A program made the translations under genes and the position numbers. 64,000 bases of DNA from Deltaproteobacteria bacterium RIFCSPHIGHO2_02_FULL_40_28 (GTDB taxonomy: Bacteria > UBA10199 > 2-12-FULL-40-28). The stretch is from the NCBI GenBank assembly GCA_001798135.1, contig MGRJ01000009.1:10042-74041 (forward strand). Direction: 5' to 3'. Within the stretch, counting starts at the first letter, position 1. The number at the start of each line of letters is the position of its first letter. This document shows positions 56,092-64,000 of this stretch, piece after piece. The notes beneath the pieces were generated by a model, which was given only the letters and a program-made list of their open reading frames with translations, was not told where the DNA came from and did not search any database.

Positions 56092-57048
56092 ATGTTAAGC
56101 ATTGAAGTATCTGCACTTCTACAAGATTCAAGACTCGATTTAGAATTATCCCTGGTAGCAGGAAAAACAGGGCTTGATCGCCGTATTAATATTCCCCGAA
56201 TTCAAAAACCAGGTTTGGCTTTAATTGGTGATACTTCTAAGCTTCATTCTGGTCGTGTTCAGGTTTTGGGCAAATCTGAAATAACCTACCTTAATTCGTT
56301 AGATGCAAAAAAACAAAACGAGGTGATTGTAAAGATGTGTAAGGAACACATCACTTGTTTTGTGGTGACCAGAAATATTACAGCTCCGCAAATTTTAGTA
56401 AAAATGGCTAATCATTATAAAATTCCTCTTTTATCCAGTAAATTGGTTACCTCCACTTTTATTAATCGGGTTACCCGTTTTTTAGAGGAGCAGTTAACGG
56501 CTACAACTACTGTTCATGGGGTTTTAATGGATATTTTTGGAATTGGAATTTTAATCACAGGGCGAAGTGGTATTGGTAAAAGTGAATGTGCGCTCGATCT
56601 CATTTTAAAAGGACATCGTTTAGTAGCAGATGATGCTGTGATTGTGAGCAAAATCCCGCCTGCAACTCTCTATGGACAGCCCTCTGATATCTTGAAATAT
56701 CATCTCGAGATTCGAGGTTTGGGTATTTTGAATGTAAAAGATCTTTTTGGCGTAGCTTCTACTTTAAATCGCAAACAAATCAATGTGGTCGTTGAATTAG
56801 TGGAATGGAATCCTGATTATGAATATGATCGCCTTGGTTTGGATGATTTAAAAGAACTTATTTTGGAGGTTCCTGTTCCGTATTTAAAATTACCCGTTTC
56901 TCCAGGAAGAAATGTGAGCACCATTATTGAAGTGGCTGCACGCAATGAGCTTTTAAAGCTGCAGGGTTATCATGCATCACGCATGTTTCAGGATAAATTA
57001 AACCTTGAACTCTTGACCAATGAAGCCAATGACAAGGACAAAAAGTAA
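56092..57048 (+). CDS. hprK: HPr kinase/phosphorylase
   Basis: VHG, GRSGIGKSE, LVADD, LEIRGLGI and PGRN motifs. Confidence 0.95.
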   Translation: MLSIEVSALLQDSRLDLELSLVAGKTGLDRRINIPRIQKPGLALIGDTSKLHSGRVQVLGKSEITYLNSLDAKKQNEVIVKMCKEHITCFVVTRNITAPQILVKMANHYKIPLLSSKLVTSTFINRVTRFLEEQLTATTTVHGVLMDIFGIGILITGRSGIGKSECALDLILKGHRLVADDAVIVSKIPPATLYGQPSDILKYHLEIRGLGILNVKDLFGVASTLNRKQINVVVELVEWNPDYEYDRLGLDDLKELILEVPVPYLKLPVSPGRNVSTIIEVAARNELLKLQGYHASRMFQDKLNLELLTNEANDKDKK

Positions 57049-57937
57049 ACCGAAAGTTTTGCAAGATACTTTTATCCAGTTGGTTATTATGACTGGTTAT
57101 TCTGGATCTGGCAAAACTACAGCTATTCAAGCTTTGGAAGATCTTGGTTTTTTTTGTACTGATAATCTGCCGGTTAAACTGCTTCCTGTCTACTTGAATG
57201 AGTTTCACGCTCAAAAAAGATTTAATGTGCAGGCTGTTGATAAGTTGGCCGTAGTCTTAGATGCAAGAGATCGTTTTTTTTATCGTGACTTTGGTCCCAT
57301 TGTTCGCGAGCTTTCTCGCAAGTTTCCTTTAAAGGTGCTTTTTTTGAAATCAAGACAAAATGTTTTGGTGGGTCGTTACAAGGCCTCTAGGCGTCGTCAC
57401 CCGCTTTCTCCACAAGGATCTGTTATTGAGGGCATTACGCTTGAACAAAAAATTCTGGCCCCTGTTTTAAAAACAGCTGATAAAATCATTGATACCAGTG
57501 ATCTTAATGTCCATGAGCTTAAACAGCTCCTGAAAGTTTATTTTCAGTATTTAATTCCCGATCAATCATTACAGATTACATTAGTGAGTTTTGGATACAA
57601 GCGGGGGCTGCCTATTCAGGCTGATCTTGTGTTGGATGTTCGTTTTTTGCCCAATCCTTATTTTGTGCGTGAATTGGGACCTAAAACTGGGCTTCATGCA
57701 AGCGTGGCCCAGTATGTTTTTAAATATAAAACAACTTCCCTTTTTCTTAAAAAAGCAACTTCTCTCCTTTTGTTTTTAATTGATGAATATCGAAAAGAGG
57801 GAAAGGCCTATCTGACCATTGCCGTTGGATGTACAGGAGGCAAGCATCGATCGGTTGCTATGGTTGAAAAATTCAAACAAATTCTACAGAAAGAAAAAAT
57901 TTCTGTAACTGTTTTTCATAGGGATTTAAAGGAGTAA
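57020..57937 (+). CDS. rapZ: RNase adapter RapZ/YvcJ
   Basis: GYSGSGKT, DNLP, RRRHPL, SFGYK, DVRFLPNP and GCTGGKHRSV motifs. Confidence 0.95.
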   Translation: MKPMTRTKSKPKVLQDTFIQLVIMTGYSGSGKTTAIQALEDLGFFCTDNLPVKLLPVYLNEFHAQKRFNVQAVDKLAVVLDARDRFFYRDFGPIVRELSRKFPLKVLFLKSRQNVLVGRYKASRRRHPLSPQGSVIEGITLEQKILAPVLKTADKIIDTSDLNVHELKQLLKVYFQYLIPDQSLQITLVSFGYKRGLPIQADLVLDVRFLPNPYFVRELGPKTGLHASVAQYVFKYKTTSLFLKKATSLLLFLIDEYRKEGKAYLTIAVGCTGGKHRSVAMVEKFKQILQKEKISVTVFHRDLKE

Positions 57938-57938
57938 T

Positions 57939-58328
57939 ATGGTTGGTATTGTTGTTGTATCGGAAAATAAAGAAGCATCCGAAATGCTTCGGTCCTTAAA
58001 AAGACTGTTTGGTCATACAAGTGGCATTATTGCTGTTGCCCTGGGTTCTGCTCAAAATATTCGTGACATGAGAGTAAAAGTCGAGAAAGCTATTGCTAAA
58101 GTAAATAAGGGCAAAGGTGTGGTTGTGCTTACCAATTTGTTTGGCTCTACCCAATGTAATGTGTGCAATTGTTTTTTAAATAAGGGAAGGGTGGAAATGA
58201 TTGTAGGGTTTAATTTCCCCCTTCTCATTAAACTCATGTTAGTGAGAGGGGAGATGCCTTTTCATAAACTACTACCCTTTTTAGAACGTTATGGCAAAAA
58301 ACAAATTAGATATATTAAGGCACAGTGA
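57939..58328 (+). CDS. PTS EIIA mannose-type domain protein lacking the phospho-His
   Basis: MVGIVVVSE, GVVVLTNLFGST..N and GFNFPLL align with EIIA(Man); lies between rapZ and HPr. Confidence 0.8.
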   Translation: MVGIVVVSENKEASEMLRSLKRLFGHTSGIIAVALGSAQNIRDMRVKVEKAIAKVNKGKGVVVLTNLFGSTQCNVCNCFLNKGRVEMIVGFNFPLLIKLMLVRGEMPFHKLLPFLERYGKKQIRYIKAQ

Positions 58329-58611
58329 AGAAAAAACAGTTCATTTTTTTTCTTCTCAAGTGAAAATTGTGAATGAATTGGGTTTGCACGCCCGAGCTGC
58401 AGCCACCTTTGTTAAACTCGCTTCACGCTTTAAGTCTGAAATTCTGGTTTCCAAGGGCAACACTGAGGTAAATGGTAAAAGTATCATGGGACTTTTAATG
58501 TTGGCTGCTCCCAAGGGCTCTAAAATTAAAATTAAGATCATTGGTGTAGACGCCGCCCTAGCCTTGGAAAAATTAGAGCAGTTGGTAGCCAAGGGTTTTA
58601 ATGAGCAATAA
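58291..58611 (+). CDS. ptsH: Phosphocarrier protein HPr/NPr
   Basis: GLHARAAA (His15) and NGKSIMGLLML (Ser46). Start uncertain. Confidence 0.93.
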   Translation: MAKNKLDILRHSEEKTVHFFSSQVKIVNELGLHARAAATFVKLASRFKSEILVSKGNTEVNGKSIMGLLMLAAPKGSKIKIKIIGVDAALALEKLEQLVAKGFNEQ

Positions 58612-60376
58612 AAAAACAAAACAGAAAATGACCAAGTTAAAAGGCATTCCCCTTGTGTCTGGGATTGCCATGGGATCTGTTTATGCTTTTGGTTGGGCTA
58701 AAATTGATTTTCCTAAATACTGGGTTCATGAGGGAGAAATTCAAGACGAAGTTTATCGTTTTATGAAAGCCTTGGGTGCGGCTAAGAGGTTTTATTCAAA
58801 TATCATTTCGAAAATAGGTCGTATACAGGGGCGGGAGCAAATCAATATTCTTGATTCTCATCTTTTGCTTTTACAAGATGAACTTTTGGTGCGGAGTATT
58901 ACAGATACAATTCGGCAAAATCATGTAAATGCCGAATGGGCAGTACATAAAACTATTTCTGAATTAAAAGATGCTTTTCTTAAAATTCATCAAGGCTACA
59001 TGGCTGAAAGACAATACGATATCGATGATATCGAAAAGGCTTTGCTGGCTCAACTGATGAAAATTACTTTTAAAGATCTAAACAAAGTTCCTTCTGATTC
59101 TATTGTTGTAGCTTATAATCTCTCCCCTGCAGAGTTAGTTACCCTCTCACGTATTCGTATTGCAGGTTTTGTTACTGAGATTGCTTCTAGTAATTCGCAC
59201 ATGGTGATTATTGCAAAATCATTGGGTATTCCTTCTGTGATGGGGGTGCCGGATGCTTTAAGAAAACTTTCTACTCATGATAAAATTCTTTTGAATGGGG
59301 ATCAGGGTTATGTGATTTGTAACCCCACTGATCAAGTTAAAAAAGTTCATGAGCAATTAAGAAAAGACCGGAAAAAAGAAGAAGATCGTGTGATGGCCAA
59401 GGCTAGAAAAAAGGCTATCACCATAGATGGAAAAATTGTGCATATTTTTGCTAATGTAGAATTGTTGGAAGAACTTTCCCAAGTAACCAGGTATGGAGGA
59501 GAAGGAATTGGTTTATATCGAACTGAATTTATTTTTTTAGATAGAACTTCCCCCCCTTCTTTTGAAGAACAAAAAGAATTTTATGAAAAAGTGTTAGAGA
59601 GAATGCATAACCATGAGGTTATTTTTAGAACCTTGGATTTAGGTGGAGATAAAATTGATCCCAATGGTGTTGTGGCTGATGAAGAAAATCCAGCTTTGGG
59701 CCTTCGTGCCATTCGTTATTGTCTTCGAGAAAAACATGTTTTTTCTGATCAATTAAAAGCTTTGTTAGCCGCATCTCCTAAGGGTAATCTGAAAATATGT
59801 ATTCCCATGGTTACTTCGGTTTCTGAAATGCTGGAAGTTAAATCCATGTTAGCTGACATTAAAAAAGAATTGATCTCCAAAAAAATTCCTTTTCGAGATG
59901 ATATTCCAGTAGGTGTTATGATTGAAACTCCGGCAGCTGCTATGGAAGTAGATCTTTTGGCTCAGCATGCTGACTTTTTTTCAGTTGGTACCAACGATCT
60001 CATTCAATATCTCTTAGCTGTAGATCGTGGCAATCAGGCCGTGCAGGAACTTTATTCACCTTATCATCCTTGTATTTTCCGAGTTTTAAAAAATGTGTTG
60101 GAGGCAGCCAAGAAATGGAAAAAGGAAATTACCTTGTGTGGTGAAATTGCAGCCGATCCTTCTTGTCTTTTCTTGATGCTGGCTTTAGGTTTTGAAAGAT
60201 TGAGTATGACCCCATGGTCTATCCCCCGTGTGAAAGATATGATTCGAAGCCAATCCTTAGAAGAAATGAAGGAATGTTTAAATGAAGTTTTATTGAAAGA
60301 TACAGAGCGCGAGATCCAAAAAGTGGTTTCTCGGTATCTTCAAACAATTGGCGAATCATTTCAAGGGCTTAGATAG
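58601..60376 (+). CDS. ptsI: PEP-protein phosphotransferase (enzyme I)
   Basis: NSHMVI phospho-His region, GIGLYRTE, RTLDLGGDK, NPALGLR, GTNDL and CGE motifs. Confidence 0.95.
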   Translation: MSNKKTKQKMTKLKGIPLVSGIAMGSVYAFGWAKIDFPKYWVHEGEIQDEVYRFMKALGAAKRFYSNIISKIGRIQGREQINILDSHLLLLQDELLVRSITDTIRQNHVNAEWAVHKTISELKDAFLKIHQGYMAERQYDIDDIEKALLAQLMKITFKDLNKVPSDSIVVAYNLSPAELVTLSRIRIAGFVTEIASSNSHMVIIAKSLGIPSVMGVPDALRKLSTHDKILLNGDQGYVICNPTDQVKKVHEQLRKDRKKEEDRVMAKARKKAITIDGKIVHIFANVELLEELSQVTRYGGEGIGLYRTEFIFLDRTSPPSFEEQKEFYEKVLERMHNHEVIFRTLDLGGDKIDPNGVVADEENPALGLRAIRYCLREKHVFSDQLKALLAASPKGNLKICIPMVTSVSEMLEVKSMLADIKKELISKKIPFRDDIPVGVMIETPAAAMEVDLLAQHADFFSVGTNDLIQYLLAVDRGNQAVQELYSPYHPCIFRVLKNVLEAAKKWKKEITLCGEIAADPSCLFLMLALGFERLSMTPWSIPRVKDMIRSQSLEEMKECLNEVLLKDTEREIQKVVSRYLQTIGESFQGLR

Positions 60377-60478
60377 GGTATTTTCGAGAGGGGATTTATT
60401 TTGACAAAACGCCATAAAGTCCATTATAAGGCCAAAGCCCCGCGGGTAAATCACCCTAAGGGAAAAAAAAGGAGTCTT

Positions 60479-61654
60479 ATGAAGCCACCCTATCTTTTTA
60501 CTTCTGAATCAGTCACCGAAGGTCATCCAGACAAAGTAGCTGATCAAATCTCAGATGCAGTTCTTGATGCTTGTTTGAAGCAGGATGAATTATCCCGGGT
60601 TGCCTGTGAAACCCTAGTAACAACAGGCCTGACTGTCATTGCAGGTGAAATTACAACCAAGGCAGTTTTAGATATACAAAACATTGCCAGATCTGTGATT
60701 CGCGAAATTGGTTATACTGATTCATCGATGGGTTTTGATGCACAGAGTTCTGCTGTGGTTGTTGCCCTAGATCGCCAGTCTCCTGATATTTCTCAAGGTG
60801 TTACTGAAGGGGAGGGGCTTTATAAAGAAATGGGTGCGGGAGATCAAGGTCTCATGTTTGGTTATGCCTGTGATGACACTCCTGAATTAATGCCCATGCC
60901 CATTGCTTTTGCTCATCGTTTAACACGGGAGTTAGCTCATGCTAGAAAAAGTGGCGAGCTTTCTTGGCTAAGGCCTGATGGGAAATCCCAAGTAACCATT
61001 GAGTATAAAAATAATGAACCTGTGCGTGTAGATACTATTGTTATTTCTACCCAACATGACTCTCAAGTAGAACATGCTCAAATTACCGAAGCTGTAACCA
61101 ACCAGATCATCAAAAAAGTGATTCCTGCCGAGCTTTTAAAGGGCACACGTTTTTTAATTAATCCTACAGGTCGCTTTGTTATTGGTGGCCCACATGGTGA
61201 TTGTGGACTTACTGGAAGAAAAATTATTGTGGATACCTATGGTGGAATGGGTCGTCATGGAGGCGGAGCTTTTTCAGGCAAAGATCCCAGTAAGGTTGAT
61301 CGTTCTGCCTGTTACATGGCCCGCTATGTAGCTAAAAACATTGTGGCAGCAGGGCTGGCTAGAAAATGTGAAATCCAAGTAGCCTATGCCATTGGTTTTC
61401 CTGAGCCGGTTTCTTTGGCGGTAAATACTTTTGATACTGGTAAGGTAGCTGAAGAAAAAATTGAAGCTGCTGTTCGTGAAATTTTTAGCTTTAAGCCTGC
61501 TCATATCATCAAGTACTTAAACTTAAGAAAACCTATTTACTTTCAAACGGCCAGTTATGGACATTTTGGAAGATCCGATAAGGAATTTTCTTGGGAAAAA
61601 ACAGACAAGGTTGATGAACTCAAACAAGTGATCAAAGTAAGACAAGTTGGATAA
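60479..61654 (+). CDS. metK: S-adenosylmethionine synthase
   Basis: [19 protein letters not shown] and GGGAFSGKD motifs; AGGAG SD before the ATG at 60479. Confidence 0.98.
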   Translation: MKPPYLFTSESVTEGHPDKVADQISDAVLDACLKQDELSRVACETLVTTGLTVIAGEITTKAVLDIQNIARSVIREIGYTDSSMGFDAQSSAVVVALDRQSPDISQGVTEGEGLYKEMGAGDQGLMFGYACDDTPELMPMPIAFAHRLTRELAHARKSGELSWLRPDGKSQVTIEYKNNEPVRVDTIVISTQHDSQVEHAQITEAVTNQIIKKVIPAELLKGTRFLINPTGRFVIGGPHGDCGLTGRKIIVDTYGGMGRHGGGAFSGKDPSKVDRSACYMARYVAKNIVAAGLARKCEIQVAYAIGFPEPVSLAVNTFDTGKVAEEKIEAAVREIFSFKPAHIIKYLNLRKPIYFQTASYGHFGRSDKEFSWEKTDKVDELKQVIKVRQVG

Positions 61655-61683
61655 GGAACACCCCTTCGTGTTTTTTAAGTTTA

Positions 61684-62454
61684 TTAACTTTTCGTACTTC
61701 TCAGAGCTTTTTTCATCAGCTTTGCTTTTTCAACTAAGTCTTTAAATTCTGGTTCTGCCTCCATTTTTTGTTTTTCGAGTACCCGCAAGGCAGAGTCGGG
61801 ATTTTTTGAACGTAGGTAGAGAATCATTAAATCTTTAATAATGGCTTTATTATCTGGTTTGTGAGGCAGAATCAGTTCGTAGGTACGCATGAGGTCATCA
61901 TATTCTTTGGCTTGTTTGAAATTATTTGCTAAAATTTCATACTGTTCAATAGCTTCATTGGTCATGCCATTAGCCTGATAAATTTCACCTAATTTTTTTC
62001 GATTGAGATTAGAGGGATCTAAATCCACAAGTTTTTTACAAATTTCAACAATTTTATCTCTTTGTCCTTTTGTACCATAAAGCTGTATGGCAATACGATA
62101 TTGATTTGCAGCATCAGAAATCATTTCTAATTTTTGATAAAGTTCAGCTAGCTTCAGGTTAATTTCTACTCGGGATGGATCTAGTTTTAAAATATTTTTA
62201 TAAATGGCCACGGCTTTTAAAATGAAGTTTTCTTGGATAAATTGAGAAGCCACAGCATGGTAAATTTCGATAGCACGATCTAATTGTTTGGTTTTAAAAA
62301 AAAGTTCGGCTACTCGAAGTCTGGCTCTCATATCATTGGGACGCGAGGCCGAAACAGCAATGGCTTCTTTTAATGCTTTCTCATACTTATCTTGAAAAAA
62401 ACGACTTGAGATTTCTTTGAGTTTTTTTTGTAGAGAGTTTTGAAAAAAAACCAT
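61684..62454 (-). CDS. Tetratricopeptide-repeat protein
   Basis: Repeated A..Y...L..DP and LAELY/LGEIY TPR patterns. Confidence 0.8.
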   Translation of the reverse strand: MVFFQNSLQKKLKEISSRFFQDKYEKALKEAIAVSASRPNDMRARLRVAELFFKTKQLDRAIEIYHAVASQFIQENFILKAVAIYKNILKLDPSRVEINLKLAELYQKLEMISDAANQYRIAIQLYGTKGQRDKIVEICKKLVDLDPSNLNRKKLGEIYQANGMTNEAIEQYEILANNFKQAKEYDDLMRTYELILPHKPDNKAIIKDLMILYLRSKNPDSALRVLEKQKMEAEPEFKDLVEKAKLMKKALRSTKS

Positions 62455-62458
62455 TTAG

Positions 62459-62914
62459 TTATCCTGCCAGGTTAAGATAATCCACGAGGGCTTTTAAACC
62501 AAGGGTATAACTGTTGGGCCCGAAGCCAGCAATTTGTCCAAGAGCAACACCTGAAACAAAAGAATGATGCCTAAATTCTTCTCTTTGATAGATATTTGAG
62601 AGATGCACTTCTACTACAGGTAAATTAATGGCAGAGACGGCATCTCTAATGGCTACACTCGTATGGGTGTAGGCTGCTGGATTAATCAAGATACCATCAC
62701 ATGGCCCCATGCTTTCCTGGATTTTTTTTACCAGATCTCCTTCTGAATTAGATTGATAGATTTCTAATGTTACCTCAAGTTGTTTTGCTGTTTTTTTCAG
62801 GTTTTTATTAATTTCATCCAGGGTGGTTTTTCCGTAAACAGAGGTTTCACGTACTCCTAAAAGATTTAAGTTAGGACCATGGATAACAAGTATTTTTTTC
62901 TTCTTTTTTGCCAT
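62459..62914 (-). CDS. aroQ: Type II 3-dehydroquinate dehydratase
   Basis: [22 protein letters not shown] and EVHLSN motifs. Confidence 0.97.
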   Translation of the reverse strand: MAKKKKKILVIHGPNLNLLGVRETSVYGKTTLDEINKNLKKTAKQLEVTLEIYQSNSEGDLVKKIQESMGPCDGILINPAAYTHTSVAIRDAVSAINLPVVEVHLSNIYQREEFRHHSFVSGVALGQIAGFGPNSYTLGLKALVDYLNLAG

Positions 62915-62924
62915 GAGGTGTATC

Positions 62925-63983
62925 TTATATGAATTTTGTAATCTCTTCCACTGTTAATGGAATCAAAAAAGCTTTTCCAATTTTTTTGAGAGCCACGTAA
63001 TTAATTTTTTTACCCACGGCCTTTTTATCCAAGCTTAAAACATGCTGATATTTTTTTCGGTTAAGCTTTGGCCATTGAGTGGGCAGGTTCAATTTTTTAA
63101 GAAGTCCCAAAATTCTTTTATGTTCTTCTTTTGTTAACCATCCTTTTTTCAAGGAAAAAAGGGCTGAATAGCCCAAGCCCATAGCTACTGCTTCCCCATG
63201 GTGAATACGAGAATAGTTTGTTAAAGTTTCAATGCTATGGGCTAGGGTATGGCCTAAGTTTAAGAGGGAGCGGAGTCCCGATTCTTTTTCATCATGGCCT
63301 ACAATATGGGCCTTCATGGCACAGGAGGTGGCAATCAATTTTTTGAGAACTTGGGAATTTTTTTTCAAAATAAGGGAATGGTTTTTTTCGATGTATCTGA
63401 AAAAAAGGGCATTACCCAAAAGGCCATACTTTATCACTTCAGCCAAACCACATAAATATTCTCTACGTGGAAGAGTTTTTAAAAATTTTGTATCGATTAT
63501 CACAGCTTGTGGTTGATAAAAAGCACCTACTAGATTTTTCCCGTAAGGTAGATCGATGCCCGTTTTACCTCCAACGCTGCTGTCTACTTGTGCTAGGAGA
63601 GTTGTAGGAATTTGAATATAGGGGATGCCTCTGAGATAAGTAGCAGCAATAAAGCCCCCAATATCACCGACAACACCGCCTCCAAAGGTGATGAGAATGG
63701 TTTTTCTGTCTATTTTTTTTTGGGCTAGCTGTTTATATATTTTTTCGAGAGTAGCACTGTTTTTATATTTTTCTCCATCAGGAATAGTGATCCAACACAC
63801 TTCATATTTTGAAACTTGTTTTTTGAGTAAATGCCCATAAAGTTTGTTTAAAGTAGAATTAGTAAGTATAACAATTTTTTGAGCTTGTTTTTTTTTGAGG
63901 AGAGGGCGCAATTGTCCCAAGGCTCCATTGTCAATGAAAATAGGGTACGAGCGATTTTTTAAAGGGACAATTATTTTTTTCAT
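62925..63983 (-). CDS. aroB: 3-dehydroquinate synthase
   Basis: [36 protein letters not shown] and HGEAVA motifs. Confidence 0.97.
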   Translation of the reverse strand: MKKIIVPLKNRSYPIFIDNGALGQLRPLLKKKQAQKIVILTNSTLNKLYGHLLKKQVSKYEVCWITIPDGEKYKNSATLEKIYKQLAQKKIDRKTILITFGGGVVGDIGGFIAATYLRGIPYIQIPTTLLAQVDSSVGGKTGIDLPYGKNLVGAFYQPQAVIIDTKFLKTLPRREYLCGLAEVIKYGLLGNALFFRYIEKNHSLILKKNSQVLKKLIATSCAMKAHIVGHDEKESGLRSLLNLGHTLAHSIETLTNYSRIHHGEAVAMGLGYSALFSLKKGWLTKEEHKRILGLLKKLNLPTQWPKLNRKKYQHVLSLDKKAVGKKINYVALKKIGKAFLIPLTVEEITKFI

Positions 63984-64000
63984 TCTAACCTTTCAAAAGT

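Noticed and set aside
60380-60478. SAM riboswitch upstream of metK, and a 26-aa MetK extension
   Set aside because: There are only small hairpins and no recognisable SAM-I/II/V core. The TTG at 60401 is better read as a -35 box (TTGACA-18-TATAAG).
28-63516. The many 60-120 aa ORFs nested in or antisense to housekeeping genes
   Set aside because: They are shadow frames of well-supported CDS; I noticed no independent motif or expression signal for them.

Overview
AT-rich bacterial chromosomal segment of mostly housekeeping genes. The gene orders infB-rbfA-nrnA-truB, rplM-rpsI-argC and pyrG-rpoN-hpf-ptsN-hprK-rapZ-EIIA-HPr-ptsI-metK suggest a diderm 'deltaproteobacterial' lineage (inference). 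It holds about 60 CDS, two tRNAs, an AbiE toxin-antitoxin pair, a small defence islet (DNA MTase, HNH nuclease, AAA ATPase) at a tRNA 3' end, a TonB/ABC uptake cluster and several REP/MITE-like palindrome families. I saw no CRISPR array, rRNA or transposase. Leading observations: (1) an xseA-xseB-ispA operon continues into yjbQ, a form IV RuBisCO-like protein and an aldo-keto reductase where dxs normally sits; (2) the tRNA-Leu behind secG has the rare AAG anticodon; (3) ileS-lspA-lgt is coupled to a CPBP protease, and a large secreted protein with a Cys-containing C-terminal sorting tag lies in the same window; (4) pyrG has no in-frame ATG/GTG/TTG before its conserved N-terminus and appears to start at ACG; (5) an uncalled 54-aa membrane peptide has its own promoter, antisense within the uptake cluster; (6) the kds/lpt LPS block is absent between pyrG and rpoN. 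All family assignments come from motifs read by eye and from recalled sequences; no searches were run.
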